Notes under the pieces: generated by a model
The model's input: the letters and a program-made list of their open reading frames with translations, nothing else
What the model was told of the DNA's origin: nothing
Database searches by the model: none
Position numbers and translations under genes: made by a program
Part shown: piece after piece, positions 24,987 to 37,337 of the stretch
Numbering within the stretch: the first letter of the stretch is position 1
How the letters are laid out: the number at the start of each line of letters is the position of its first letter
Origin: Hemiscyllium ocellatum
Lineage: Eukaryota
Assembly: GCF_020745735.1 (NCBI RefSeq)
Contig: NC_083409.1
Location: forward strand, 20,108,341 to 20,172,340
Direction: 5' to 3'
Length of the DNA stretch: 64,000 bases

Positions 24987-25899
24987 TGTTTGGATTGCTT
25001 TCCATATTGTTTAGAAATTTGGAAGTAATTTGCAAATTTCCATTTCTGCAATAATTACAGATACTTTATATTACAAGGTACTACTGACTGAATTATCAAG
25101 TGATTTAGTTTCATACGTAGACGCTAAGCCTAAATGTCTTTGCTTTGTGTATGGAGCTTATAAGAATGCACACTGGTTAATTTGATTTATCTTTGGATTG
25201 GGCTGTTAGATCTAAGAAGGAGTGTCTGCCTGAGCTATTATCTTCACTTAAATATTTGATCCTGAACAGTGATGGTTTATAATTTTAAGACAGTACCAAT
25301 GTCTAAATTTTAGGGTTAGCTCAATATTAGAAAATTTCAGATTGGATTGAAAGCTTTGTGTCATGTTACCATAATTTGGGGGCAGCATTGCCCTCCATGC
25401 AACATTCATCACCAACTTCTCTGCTCAAAATCACCATCTGGTTTCTACACTGAATTCTAAATACTGTCAACTACAGCTGTAGCTCAGGCCATTTGATTGG
25501 GCTAAAGGTTAATGTTTGATTTTTTTTAGAGAATACAACATATTGCAGTACTAATCTAAATTTTAGGTAATATTGATGTTTTTAGTAGTAAAACTTTGAG
25601 GAGTATTACATCTTAGCAAAGCTGGATTGATTCAAAATAGGTTTGCTTAATTCACCCATGCCTGGGCACCTCCGTATAAAGTAAGAAAATAATGGGTAGG
25701 AAAGGAATCTCGAGTGCAGAGTTTAAAATGAACGAGCCTTTTGCCAGTGTGGGCAATATATTTACTCAAGTGGGCTATTTGAACTTGATTAATTTGAGAA
25801 TTATTTATTTCAAAATTGCTCTTAGCCTGCTGAAGAGCACAAATTACGGCCTCAAATAGGGTACTCCCTCAATACTCAAACCAGAATATGGGTGACTCT

Positions 25900-27751
25900 T
25901 ACGAGATGAGTTTGTGTTTCTTCTTTGCTGCTGTCTATTTTAATTGATTATGTGTATATACAAGGAGGAAACGGTTTATATTTTATTACAATGGACACTC
26001 CGCGGCCTCCTACCTTGCAAGGGGGAGTTGATAAAGATCGAACTTGACCTGCTGTGTGGACTTGCCATTGACAGCATTCGTGCATAAGAAGGTACAGTTT
26101 ACCTGTGCGATCCTGAGCAAACAGAGACTGTGTACCAATTACGCCAGGAAGGTGTCCTTGTGTGCCGAGAAGCTGAATGTTACCAAGAATGACCATTGCA
26201 GTGATCAACTGCATCAAAAAGATTGAACAGTTAATTTACAGAACAAGTCTAAATGGTCTTTACCCTGTAAAGGTGTTATGTGCCAGTTGATTACATTTGT
26301 AGAATGGGAATCCCTGGTAAGCCTTGTCTCCTTTCAGATAGATCATGTTAAAATAGACAAAGGGGGGATGTTATCCTTCACTAGCAATATGTTTCTAACA
26401 ACCCATAATAAAATATTTGGAGAGGATGAAGTAGTTTATTATGTCCTTATTTCAGCAAGAGACTCCCTGACCCCTTTTATCCTTCCAGGGATGAGGAGGA
26501 TGCACTTATGTAAAAGTGCCTAAAATTATCCCTGTACTATGATTAAATGTATCAGTCATCACTACTTCCTTGAAGGACCTTGCATCTCATGTGTATGCCT
26601 TAAGGAGAAATGTGTCTCTATTACCACTGGTATTCAAACTCTTTGTAAGGTTGGTAACAACACCCACCTTCGTTATGATACCCCTAATGGCACTGATATT
26701 TTCCCAATTATTGGATGGGTAGAACTATTCTGGGATGTCAACCACATCCCTTATCCACCCACCTCATTTGACTAAATAATTTTCAGCCTTTACGTTCGGG
26801 GCCAAATTACGTAATCATGAATTACACAGGTACTCCAGGAAGTTACAAAGATAGGCCCAATTCTTATTGGGAAGGTCCCTCCATTATCTATACTAAACCT
26901 GGATAGTATTTTTTCTGTTACCATAAGGCTATACCTACCTTTTCCTGAATAGAGCAGGTACACATCATGATGTATCTGTAGGAACACTATTTCCAACTAC
27001 TGTTCCCTGTCCAATTACCTGGCAACAAGACTCAAATTCCCTGATTAAACATTCACTTTCTCCTGACTTTTGTGCAGAATGGAAGAATGCAAGGGTTCTA
27101 TCAAAAAATAAAACTCACTCATTGGCATATGCAGCTCTTAGTGTTCTTTCTATAGGAGGGTCTTCAGGAGTTATTAGTCATCAAAACCATAATTATCTCA
27201 TTTGTGGACTCATAATTTCATGAAATGAGACAACTGCTGCCCTAATAGAAATTAGGGACATGCTTTCAGAATTGTGCCTATTTACCCAACAAAATCACTA
27301 TGCTTTTGATTACATACTTGTGAAGGAAGGTGGAGTTTGCACCATAGTCAAAGGAAAGTGTATCATGGGAGTCACTAATTTCATCGAAAACATTACTAGA
27401 CATTTCGATAGCATCCACACTTTTGTCAACCAAATGAATGAAGGTGCAGGATTGGGAGATTGGGGTTTTGGCTCATGGTACAACTGGCGAATCCATATGG
27501 CTATGTACGCTGCTATTGGTTTAGTTGGTCTTTTCGTTGGTATTGCTATTGTTAAGAGTATTATTGCTAAAATATTAATTTCTATTGACAACATTGGCTC
27601 CACCCAGAGAACGTTTCTTCTCCACTTAGATGATGATGAGAAGCATCATCGCCTGCCCCTGATTCATCTTCGGAGGAAGAGAAAATATTGCAGTCTTTCG
27701 CTGCCCTTGGATTGGATTAATTTGATCCATGCCTTTATGGTGTGGTCATAG
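25900..27751 (+). pseudogene. env: ERV envelope gene (SU + TM), disrupted
   Basis: ORFs 26044, 26278 and 26539 share one frame separated by stops (Cys-rich SU). The TM is in the next frame: fusion peptide LAYAALSVLSIGGSSGVI (27122), stop at 27221, heptad, ISD-like QQNHYAFDYILVKEGGVC, CX6C (CTIVKGKC), Trp-rich WGFGSWYNW and TM helix MAMYAAIGLVGLFVGIAIV. Confidence 0.88.
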
Positions 27752-27757
27752 AATGAC

Positions 27758-27768
27758 AAAGGGGGGAA
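27758..27768 (+). other. Polypurine tract of the ERV
   Basis: aaaggggggaa just after env and immediately followed by TG. Confidence 0.8.
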
Positions 27769-28450
27769 TGAGGATCTAAAATTTGAATTTATGTTATTGT
27801 CAGAAGCAACAAATATATGTAGATTTTTATTAACCACAAAATGGATTTTCAATTTAAAATAACACAACAACATGGCTGAAAGTAATGATTTGACTCTTGT
27901 TAACTTGTGCTGCTGCTTTGCTGGATTAAGCTAAATACAAGTTAAGAGAATACAATGGATTTTTCAGAATAGGAATTATAAGACAGTGATTTGGTATTTG
28001 AACTAATCCTGAACTAGCAAACCTGGGGTGATTCTGTGCACATAGCAATCTGTTTCCCAGGGAATATCATTGGACTGGCCTGTTGGCAATCATATCACTT
28101 TATTATGGTTGATCGAACTTTTCTTGTAATTAAGAACCCTTTCCTAGGAAATATCATTGGATTAACCTGCTGGAAATCATGTCAATTTATTATATGTGAT
28201 TGGTCTTTTCTTGTAATTAAGGCTGTCCTATCTCTTAAAAATCATATAAATAATGTGTAATTTTTGAATATAATTGTGCCATTTCTCCATGGAACACAGA
28301 AGCTTTCAACCTCCGTGTCGCTGGACAAATCTGCACCTGGCTGCCTTAATTTATTAAACTAGTAACCTTGCTTTAACCAGACCGTACTCCTAGTGATTCT
28401 TTTGACTGATCATGAGACCGAGGGGTCCTGTAAAGGGGTCTACATCATCA
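27769..28450 (+). mobile_element. ERV 3' LTR
   Basis: Starts TGAGGA after the PPT. Contains two ~87 bp U3-like direct repeats (~28050-28225), TATA-like tataaa (~28245) and attaaa (~28353), and ends ...catca. The exact 3' end is uncertain (28444-28450). Confidence 0.7.
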
Positions 28451-29804
28451 TTGGGATTTGAACAAAAAAAAACCCATGAAACTCAATGTCATGTTCATGA
28501 ATGTTCTTTGGGCAAGGGAACCCAGTCATCACCCGGTCTGTGACTCCAGTCTCACACTGACCCAATCAATTCTTAACGGCCCCATGATCTGGTTCAGCAA
28601 AGAACTCAGTCCGAGCAGCTGGAGATGGGCAATACATTTGAGGCGTATCACTGGCATTCATGCCCTGAGAAGGAATAATGTCTCCCTTTTAGCCTCTGAG
28701 GCACCACACTCTCATTGTTCTGGGTCTCTAATCCTCTCACATTAATTCATTCAGTGATGGCATTTTGCGAAGAGCTTTTATTTTGAACTCTAAGTTCTCT
28801 TTTCCCCAGGATTCTCTCCTCTTCACCCCCACCCAAAAAAGCTTTGCTGTGCAGAGTGAGAGCTCTCTGTGTTCTCTGAGGCCTCGCTCTGTCTCTGTCT
28901 GCCTCCCTTCCAACTGAAGACAAAACGTATGTTTCCCAAACCCTGTGGCGATAAGAAGGCAGCTGAGAAAAATAATGTAATGAGAGTTGAGTTGGGTTTG
29001 TTAAAGAAAATAATGTTTGTTTTGAAATTATATTTCTGTCAGTGAGTGACAAAGGAAAGATGGGGGTCCAGGATTGCTGCAGCCACTGCCAGAACATAGG
29101 ACCCAGGAGCAGGAGCAGGCCTTTTGGGAGCTGCTGTGTCAATGAAGAAGATCACTGCTCATCTGGGTGTGGTCTCAACTGCACTTTCTGCTTCCCCCAA
29201 TTATACTTAACTGTAATGTTCATCAAAAATCAGTCTACTTCAACCTTGAGTAAACTTAATGACCCAACCTCCATTCCCATGTAGAGAAGAGAATTCCACA
29301 GACTGTTGACCCTCAGCCATCAAAACAAAACCTCCTGGTTTTAAATGGGAGACTGCTTTGTGTTAAATTGACCCTCTAGTTCTTGTCTGCCCTACAACAG
29401 GAACCATCCTCTCAGTATCCAGCCTGTCATGTTTCCTTAAGACCTGAAACTGTTAATGAGAACAAACAGGTTGCATAAGTGAGGCTTTTCCTCTGGAAAT
29501 GATTAACAATGTTGATGTAAACTGTTTTCTCCAGTGCCGGAGTTCAGAACAAGAGGGTTGTTAAAATTAAAATTAGGATGATTTCAGGAAGAACTCCTTC
29601 TGAAAAAGTGTGAAAGTCCAGAACTCGCGATTGGAAAAGCTGTCAAGGCCGGGGTTCGATGTTCATTCGCTCAGGACAGTAAGGTTTACAGAACTAAGGG
29701 GGAATGTGTTCCTGGTTATCCACGGCCGAACTGACTGGGGAATTTGGTCAAAACAGATGATAATTTATTTAAAATAAATGTTAACAATAAATCTATGTTA
29801 ACCT

Positions 29805-30330
29805 GAGTGTACAAGGCATAATTTCAAAGTTTTTTGATGATATAAAACTTTGAAGTATTGCGGCTTATGAAGAAGATAGTGTCGAACTTCAAAAAGGATG
29901 TCGGTAAGATAATGGAATGAGCAGATGATTGCAGATACAATTTAATGGAAAGAGATGTCGGTGATATATTTTGGAAGGAAAATGTGGTGAGACAAATCAA
30001 ACTAAAGGATACAAATATGGATAGCTGTAGGGGCAGTAGGACCTGGATGCTTATGTGCATTAGTCACTGAAGGTGTCAGCACAGGTAGCTGTTTTCATGA
30101 GAGAGCAGCTGATAAAGCAGATGCCATATCAACATTAGCATAGAATACAGTCTGGATATGAAAAAAATGTTACGTTATCAGGGGTAATACAAAACTAAAA
30201 TAAACTCCCTCATTTAAGAATGAGAAAAGCAGAATTCTTTGTCTTGCATACAGTCATAGGTCTTTGAAACTCTTGTTCAAAAGGTCAACAGAAATCTCTG
30301 AATAGTTGTAATGAAGAATTAGACAGCCTT
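29805..30330 (+). mobile_element. CR1 LINE RT fragment, old
   Basis: Decayed ISKFADDTKL region (atttcaaagttttttgatgatataaaactt). Confidence 0.7.
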
Positions 30331-30477
30331 TCATCCCTTGCTTATCAGTAATCTATCAGAGTTAGGCAAGGATGTGGAATAATCAGATCCGCCATGTGGA
30401 ACAGGATCAAGAGGATGAATCTTCTTCATCTGTCCGTAATTCGTATAATTGTGTGTCTCTAAAAGCCAGGAAGATGT

Positions 30478-30742
30478 GATTAGATTACTTGCTGTGTGGA
30501 AACAGGCCCTTCGGCCCAACAAGTCCACATTGACCCGCCGAAGCGCATCCACTCAGACCCATTCCCCTACATTTACCCCTGCACCTAACACTACGGGCAA
30601 TTTAGCGTGGCCAATTCACCTAACCTGTACATTTTTGGACTGTGGGAGGAAACCGGAGCACCTGGAGGACATCCACACAGATACGGGGAGAATGTGCAAA
30701 TTCTACATAGTCAGTCGCCTGAGGCAGGAATTGAACCCGGGT
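30478..30742 (-). mobile_element. HE1-type SINE, 5'-truncated
   Basis: Same body as 14146-14468 in reverse. Confidence 0.85.
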
Positions 30743-32769
30743 TATATGACAAGTTGCTTTTGCCTCAACTGATGTATTAAGTCCAGTTCCACCGTTGAAA
30801 GTGCAGCCCCTTGAAAGCTTGTGGTTTTCAATAAAGCAGCTGAAGTGGCTGCTGGTTTGTGGGAGCGCAAATGGAATGGGACATTACCCATAATCCTCAG
30901 CAGCAGGGCAAGTGCTCTCTCGTCACTAGAGGGCAGCTGCTTCACTGTCCTTGATCAGTAAAAAGTAAACTGCAAAGATGCAGAGTGTGTCCAGCTTCAG
31001 AAGCAGGGTACTGATCGTACCACAATGAAAATGTACCCTGTGATAAGAAAAGTACTTTGGTGCAACTTGTGATTGTCTTCACAGTGTGCTGTTTTGTTCT
31101 TTCTATGATACAAATGGACAATATCTGTATCGAGAGGCACAAAGTATATTTCCTCCTCAAACCCCTTTCCAAAACACCCTCTCCATCTTGCTTTACTCCT
31201 TATTGACTCTTCTACCATTGTCCCTGTTCCCTCACTCCGTCCCTGTCCCAGAGGGATTGATGGCTGGAGTTCATGACCCCGCACTGTGTGAAGGTTGGTG
31301 TGAAGTGAGGCCAGTGTGTAGGGGCCTGTTCAACAATCTGCACATTGTCCTTCTTCTCTTTCTGACTGTACTGGAGTTTTCAAGCTGCAGTAACTTGCTG
31401 GCAACAAACTGTCTTGTCTAAAGTGTTCCCAGCACTGGACAGATCTCTGCTGTTGATTGTTTTCTCTCAGGAGCCCGCTCTGTACTAAATGCCTGTTATC
31501 AATCGTGTGTTAGAGTTTATATGTCAGCTGCTGCTTCCTTGCTATGGTACTGAAAAAAACATCAATGCATCTTCAGATTTAAAATACTGTCTTCATGAAA
31601 GTGTTTGGCAGACTTTTAACATCATTTAACAAACTAATGATGGGAATGCATCAGTGTTGTTTATGGCTGGGAGCATTTAACATCATGGTCTTAGTTTTTA
31701 ATGGATCCTCACTCGTGGTAATGCAGTTTGCAATGTTCCTCTCCCCTTTCGTGTTATTAAAAGGCTTTGAACCGTGTTACGCTGAGGACAGTGCAACTTC
31801 AACACCTTGTGATGGAGTGGGTGGCTGAATTCCTATCTCATTATTGTCCAGCTTTCAAAGAAAATGCTGTAGTCTCTGAAATTAGATTGTACCCAGGTTT
31901 TATACATATTGTGTTTGGATTTCATTTTTGGAATGCTGATTTTCATAAAAATATCCTGTTTGGTTTTGTAGCTCAGTAGTTGTGTTGTTCCATGAGATAC
32001 TGAGACAGGTGGGAAGGCATAGAGATAAAATATAAAAGGAGAGAGAATTATATTTTTGTTATACCACCCTTGAACTTAGGATGTTCGAAAATATTTTACA
32101 GCCAATGGAATCCTTCCAAAAACCAGACATTATTGTGATGTGGGAACTGTGACAGCCTGGGCAATGCAGATCTTTTGGTAGCACCACCCAGAGATTGGAG
32201 GCTGCTACTGCAGGCAGGCGACAAACCAGCTCCACTGTGAGGGAAGGACATTGGAGCACATAAGGATATGGGAAATAGGAGTTGGAGAACGACTCCAACG
32301 GCTGTCCATTCTTTCTTAAATACAGAGAGCAAAATTTTACACAATACCCCAGATGCAGCCTCACTAATACCCTGTACAGTTTTAACAAGACTTCTCTACT
32401 TTTAAATTGCAACCCCCAGCAATAAAGTTGAAAATTCCATTCGCCTTCTCAATTACTCGCTGTACCTGCACTAACTTTCAGTGTTTCATGCACATTACTA
32501 CCCCGATCACTCTGTACTGCATTTTATTGGAATCTCTCACTATTTAAATAATAGTCGGCCTTTAGATTATTCTGACCCATGTTCATGGTCTCACACTTTC
32601 TGATATTAAATTCCATCCACTGTGGATTAGTGTTTCATTTCCAGTTTGGTCTTCTCTTTGTGATTGACTGTCTCAATGCATCTGTCTGTAGCATGCCCCA
32701 TTCCCATTTGTTTGTGAGCCTCACCCTTGATTGTCTAACCCTTTCCTGCTGGTTCCATTCAATGACAGG

Positions 32770-35230
32770 CAGGAGGCTGGAAGAATACAGCAGGTCAGGC
32801 AGCATCAGGCGGTGGAGAAGCTGATGTTTCGGGTGTAACCCTTCTTCAGGAATGGGGTGGGTTTAGGGGGAGCTGCAGATAAAGAGGTGGCGGGGGACAG
32901 GATGATGAAGTGGGGATAGGTGATGACAGGTGGAGGGTATGACCTGGTTGGTCAGTGGGAGGAATGAATCTGGTAGGTGTAAGGGAGTAGTGGAAGGGAG
33001 GGAGAGGTGCTGGCAAGGGAGTCAGGGGATGGGAAAGGAGGTTATTTGAAATTGGAGAACTCAGTGTTGAGTCATCTGGTCTGTATGCTGCCAGAAGGAA
33101 GATGAGATGTTGTTGCTCCAATATGTGGTTTGCTTCATTGTGGCAATGGAGGAGGCCAATGATGGTCATGTCAAAAATGGAGTGGGAAGGGGAATTAAAA
33201 TGTGTGATGACTGGTAGGACTGCTTGGCCACTGTGGGTCCGGCTGAGATGTTCGGTGAAATGTTCCTCAGTTTACGTTTGCTCTTCCCGATGTAGAGAAG
33301 ACCACATGGGGATCACCTGATGCAGTAATCTAGGTTGGAGGAGAAGCAGGTGAACCTCTGTCTCACCTGGAAGGACTGTTTGGGGCCCTGGATGGAGGTG
33401 TGGGATTGGTGTACCAGCAGGCTTTGCATATTTTCAGGTTTCAGGGGAAGGTACCGAGGGGTTCGGGATGGTTGCAGTGCGAGTGGCACAGATCAAGAAT
33501 TATCGAAGGGAATGGTCCTTGTGGAAGGAAGCCAGGGGTGGGGAGAGGAAGAGGTATTTGGTGGTGTGGTCTAGTTAGAGTTGATGGAAGTGTTTAAGAA
33601 TGATGCATTGGATTCAGAGATTGGTGGGTGATAGGTGACGACAATAGGGATTCTGCCATTATTGTATTTAGAGGGGGGTGGGTTTAGAGCAGTGGAACAG
33701 GAAATAGACGTGGTGCAGTGGATGGCAGAAGGAGGAAAAACACATCTGTGATCAGTGAAATATCTCCTCATCCGAGCAGATAGGGTGGAGGCAGAGGAAT
33801 TTGGAGAATGAGATGGAGTTCTTACAGGATACTGGGTGGGAGGAGGTGTAGTCTAGTAAAATATGGGAGTCTGTGGGTATGTAGTAAACTTCTGTCTGTA
33901 GATTATCACCAGAATTGGAAATAGGTCAAAAAGGGGGAGGAAGGTGTCCGAGATGGACCAAGGGAATATGAGGACGGAGTGGAAGTTGTGGGCAAAGCCG
34001 ATGAACTGCTCCAGTTCAGCCTGGGTGCAGGTCACTGCACTGATGCAGTCATTGGTGTAATGGCAGAAGAGTTGGTGCACAGTGCCTGTGTAGATACTGA
34101 AGAGGGATTGTATAACACAGTCGATAAAGAAGCAGGCATAGCTGGGGCCTATCTGGGTGCCCATGGCCAACCCCTGGATTTGGAGGAAATGGGAGGAGTT
34201 AAAGTAAACATTGTTGGGGGTGAGGACTAGTTCAGCAAGGCAGAGGAAGGTATTGACAGAGAGGGACTGGATAGGTCTGTTGCAGAGGAAATGGTGGATG
34301 GTCTGGAGGCCATCCTTATCGGGTATGGATATATATAAGGTCTGCACATCCATAGTGGAGATAAAGTGCTCAGGGCTGGGGATCTGGACATTACTGAAGA
34401 GATGGAGGGTGTGGTTGGTGTAATGGATGTAGGTGTGAAGTAAGTGCCTGAACCAAGGAGGAGAGTTGAGGTAGGATGAGAGGAGTTCAGTGGAGCAGGA
34501 GCATGCTGGGACAATGGGTCAGGCAGGGTAGTTGGACTTGTGGATCTTGAGGAGCAGATAGAACTGGGCATTGTGGGGCTGGGGGTATATGAGATTGGAG
34601 GCAATGGAGGGGAGGTCACTGGAGACAATGAGGCCACTGATAGTGCAAGTGATTTTGACCTGATGGGTCACCGCGGGGTCATGGGCAGGGGAGAAGTAGG
34701 GCATGGTGATGGAGAATTGGCGTTCAGTCTCTGTGACATTTAGGTCTGTTCTCCAGACTATCATCACCTCACCTTTGTCTGTGGGTTTGATAGTGAACCA
34801 GGGGTTGGTGCGGAGAGAATGGAGTCCTCAATCAGAGGGGGAGGTGGTTGGAGAGGGTGACGGGGGTGGGGGAGGTGGAGAAATTGAGGCGGCTATGTCA
34901 CGTCAGTGGTCAGCACTGAAGAGGTCGAGGATCTGTGCACACCTGGTGGTGGGAGATGGGGGGTTGGCCAAATGGAGGAGGAAGGTTGGAGGTGGGAGGA
35001 GGGGTCCTCAGAGGGAGGTTGGTAGTTTTTGTTAAGAAGAGCTCCACGTCCTGGTGGGTGCGAGTTTCGTTGAGATGGGGGTCAGGCAGGAATGTCTGTG
35101 AGCCCTTTCCTGAGGATGGACCTTTTGGCCTCAGAGAGTTTGAGGCCGGGGGTGGGGAGGGATTGTAAAAATGGGGCAAGGCTCGGGGTGAGGTTTTTGG
35201 GGAGGGCCCAAGGTGGCTGAAGGAGGGGAG
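32770..35230 (-). mobile_element. Penelope-like retroelement, paralog of 3260-5430
   Basis: MDVQTLYISIP, LTPNN..FNSSHFLQIQGLAMGTQIGPSYA in ORF 33853-34353. Confidence 0.88.
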
Positions 35231-35569
35231 GGGGGAAAGGTGATGGCATGTGGTGGGTGAGGGTTGATTGTGATGTAGCACTGGGGAATGGGTGTGGGAG
35301 AGAAAGGAGATTGGGGCGGAGGTAAGTTGTGGAGTGAGGTGGGGGAGTGGGAAGGTGGGGATGAGGTGAAGAGGGAGAAGTGGAGGGATAGGGTGCAATG
35401 TGGGGGTGTATGGGTGAGGAGGGTGAGTGAGTGTGCTGGCTGGCTGCAGGTAGGCAGTTGGACTCAGGGTGACTCTGGGAAATGAAGTCGGAGTCTTGGT
35501 TGCAGAGTGGGAGGGGCCAGAGATGGATGCAAAAGCTGGAGTGAAGTCAAGGCAGGTCCGAATGTTTTG

Positions 35570-35870
35570 ACTCGGGTTCGATTCCAGCCTCAGGCAAATG
35601 TCTGTGTGGAGTTTGCACATTCTCCCCATGTCTGCGTAGGTTTCCTCTAAGTGCTCTGGTTTCCTCCCACAATCTAAAGACGTGCAAGTTAGGTGAATTG
35701 GCTGTGCTAAATTGCCCATAGTGGGCAGGGATGGGTAGGTTAGATTCATTAGTCAGGGGAAAAGTAGAGTAATGGGATGGGGATTGGGTCTTGGGTGGGT
35801 TACTCTTCCAAGGGTCAGTGTGGACTTGTTGGGCCAAATAACCTGTTTCCTCACAATAGAGATTCTATGA
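35570..35870 (+). mobile_element. HE1-type SINE, paralog of 5730-6028
   Basis: Same position within the duplicated unit. Confidence 0.8.
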
Positions 35871-36080
35871 CAGTCCATTCCAGATTCCCACCACCCACTG
35901 AGTGAAAATGTTCTTCACTTGCGGTGTTCATAATGAAACCTTTCAAACCATTCATTTTGTCTCGTGCCATTTAGCTCTTGAGATCATTGTTCAATAAATG
36001 TTTTATTCTTTTATATATAATATGAGTTCCCTGACAGGGACAGTTAACCTTGTCCAATCAGGGAGTCCTGGCTGACAGAT

Positions 36081-37170
36081 GAAAAGGTGACTGTCAAACG
36101 GCAGTGCTTGGACCCGACGTAGTGCACTAGTTGGAGGATGCTCAGGTGTGCAGTGGGATCCTGTCCGCGCTCACCCAGCCCGGACGGAATTTCACACTGG
36201 CCCCAAGGTCCCGTACTTCCCGCGGGAGCCTGTGCCCCACAACCTGAGCCGCCTCCGTAATTTTAACTTTGTCCCGTTCAAGGACGTTAAAAGGTGTGTC
36301 CTATATCGACTGCTGCTGCACACCGTCCACCTCTTCTCCCTCATCCACCGCCCGGACACGCCCTGGCGTGCCCATTTGCCACCGGGCGGTGGGGATCCCC
36401 AGTGGAGGGCTCTCTACGCAGGAGTCCTCCCCCTTTCTCTCGGGGATCTGGGGTGGAGGGTGCTGCACGCAGCAGTCCCCTGCAACCGCAGATTGCGGTG
36501 GTTCACGGACTCCCAGCCCAACTGCTTGTTCTGTGGCGCTGTGGAGTCCGTGGACCATGTGTATGTTGGGTGTGGGCGTTTGCACCCCCTTTTTGATTTT
36601 CTGAAAAACCTTCTCCTCTGCTTTTGGTTGCACTTCAGTCCCACGCTCCTGATCTTCGGGCACCCAGTGCGGAGGAGGGAGGGCAGGTCTGAAGACCTCC
36701 TCGTGGGTCTGCTCCTGGGCCTGGCCAAACTGGCCATAAACAGGTCCAGGCAGCGGGCCGTGGAGGGGGTCGTTAGGGCCGACTGCCTGCCCCTCTTCCG
36801 CGGTTATGTTAGGGCCCGGGTGTCCTTGGAGAAGGAGCACGCGGTGTCCACCAACACCCTGGAGTTGTTCAAGGAGAGGTGGGCGCCGCAGGGAGTGGAG
36901 TGCATCATTTCCCCCTCGAACTCTATTTTGATTTAGTTCCTGCCCTCCCCTTCACTGTTTTGATCACACAGCATTGCCCTTTGACGTGAAGGGCACTGCT
37001 TGTCACAGACCACTTGGGTGTTTTCCTACTTTTCCTGGTGGTGGATATTGAATAAAGATTTGTGCACTTTGCGTCTCTCACTATGTCTCACAACTACACA
37101 CACGCACACACACCATGGGTGCTGGGGAAAATAAGCACTACCGCAGTTAGGCGGTAGTGTGGGGTTAATA
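36081..37170 (+). mobile_element. Tx1-clade (L1-like) LINE 3' fragment, copy 1
   Basis: ORF 36148-36936 ends with the zf-RVT motif CLFCGAVESVDHVYVGC and a Tx1-type C-terminus, followed by a 3' UTR and A-rich tail. Confidence 0.88.
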
Positions 37171-37337
37171 AAAAAAAAGAAGGAAAAAAGAAGAAAAAAA
37201 AAGAAAAGAAAAAAAAATCAACAGGAGTTTCTCCCCTTCACTGTTTGATCACACAGCATTGCCAAAAAGAAAAAGAAAAAAAAAGAGAAAAAAAGAAAGA
37301 AAAAAAAACCAGGATAAAAGAAAAAATAAAAAAAAGA

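Larger units (their letters stand above)
20989..28450 (+). mobile_element. Decayed endogenous retrovirus, class I (epsilon-like), internally deleted, 5' LTR missing
   Basis: Ordered remnants: gag MHR-like, gag zinc knuckle, RNase H C-terminal half, possible integrase GPY/F, env SU/TM, polypurine tract and LTR. Confidence 0.85.
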
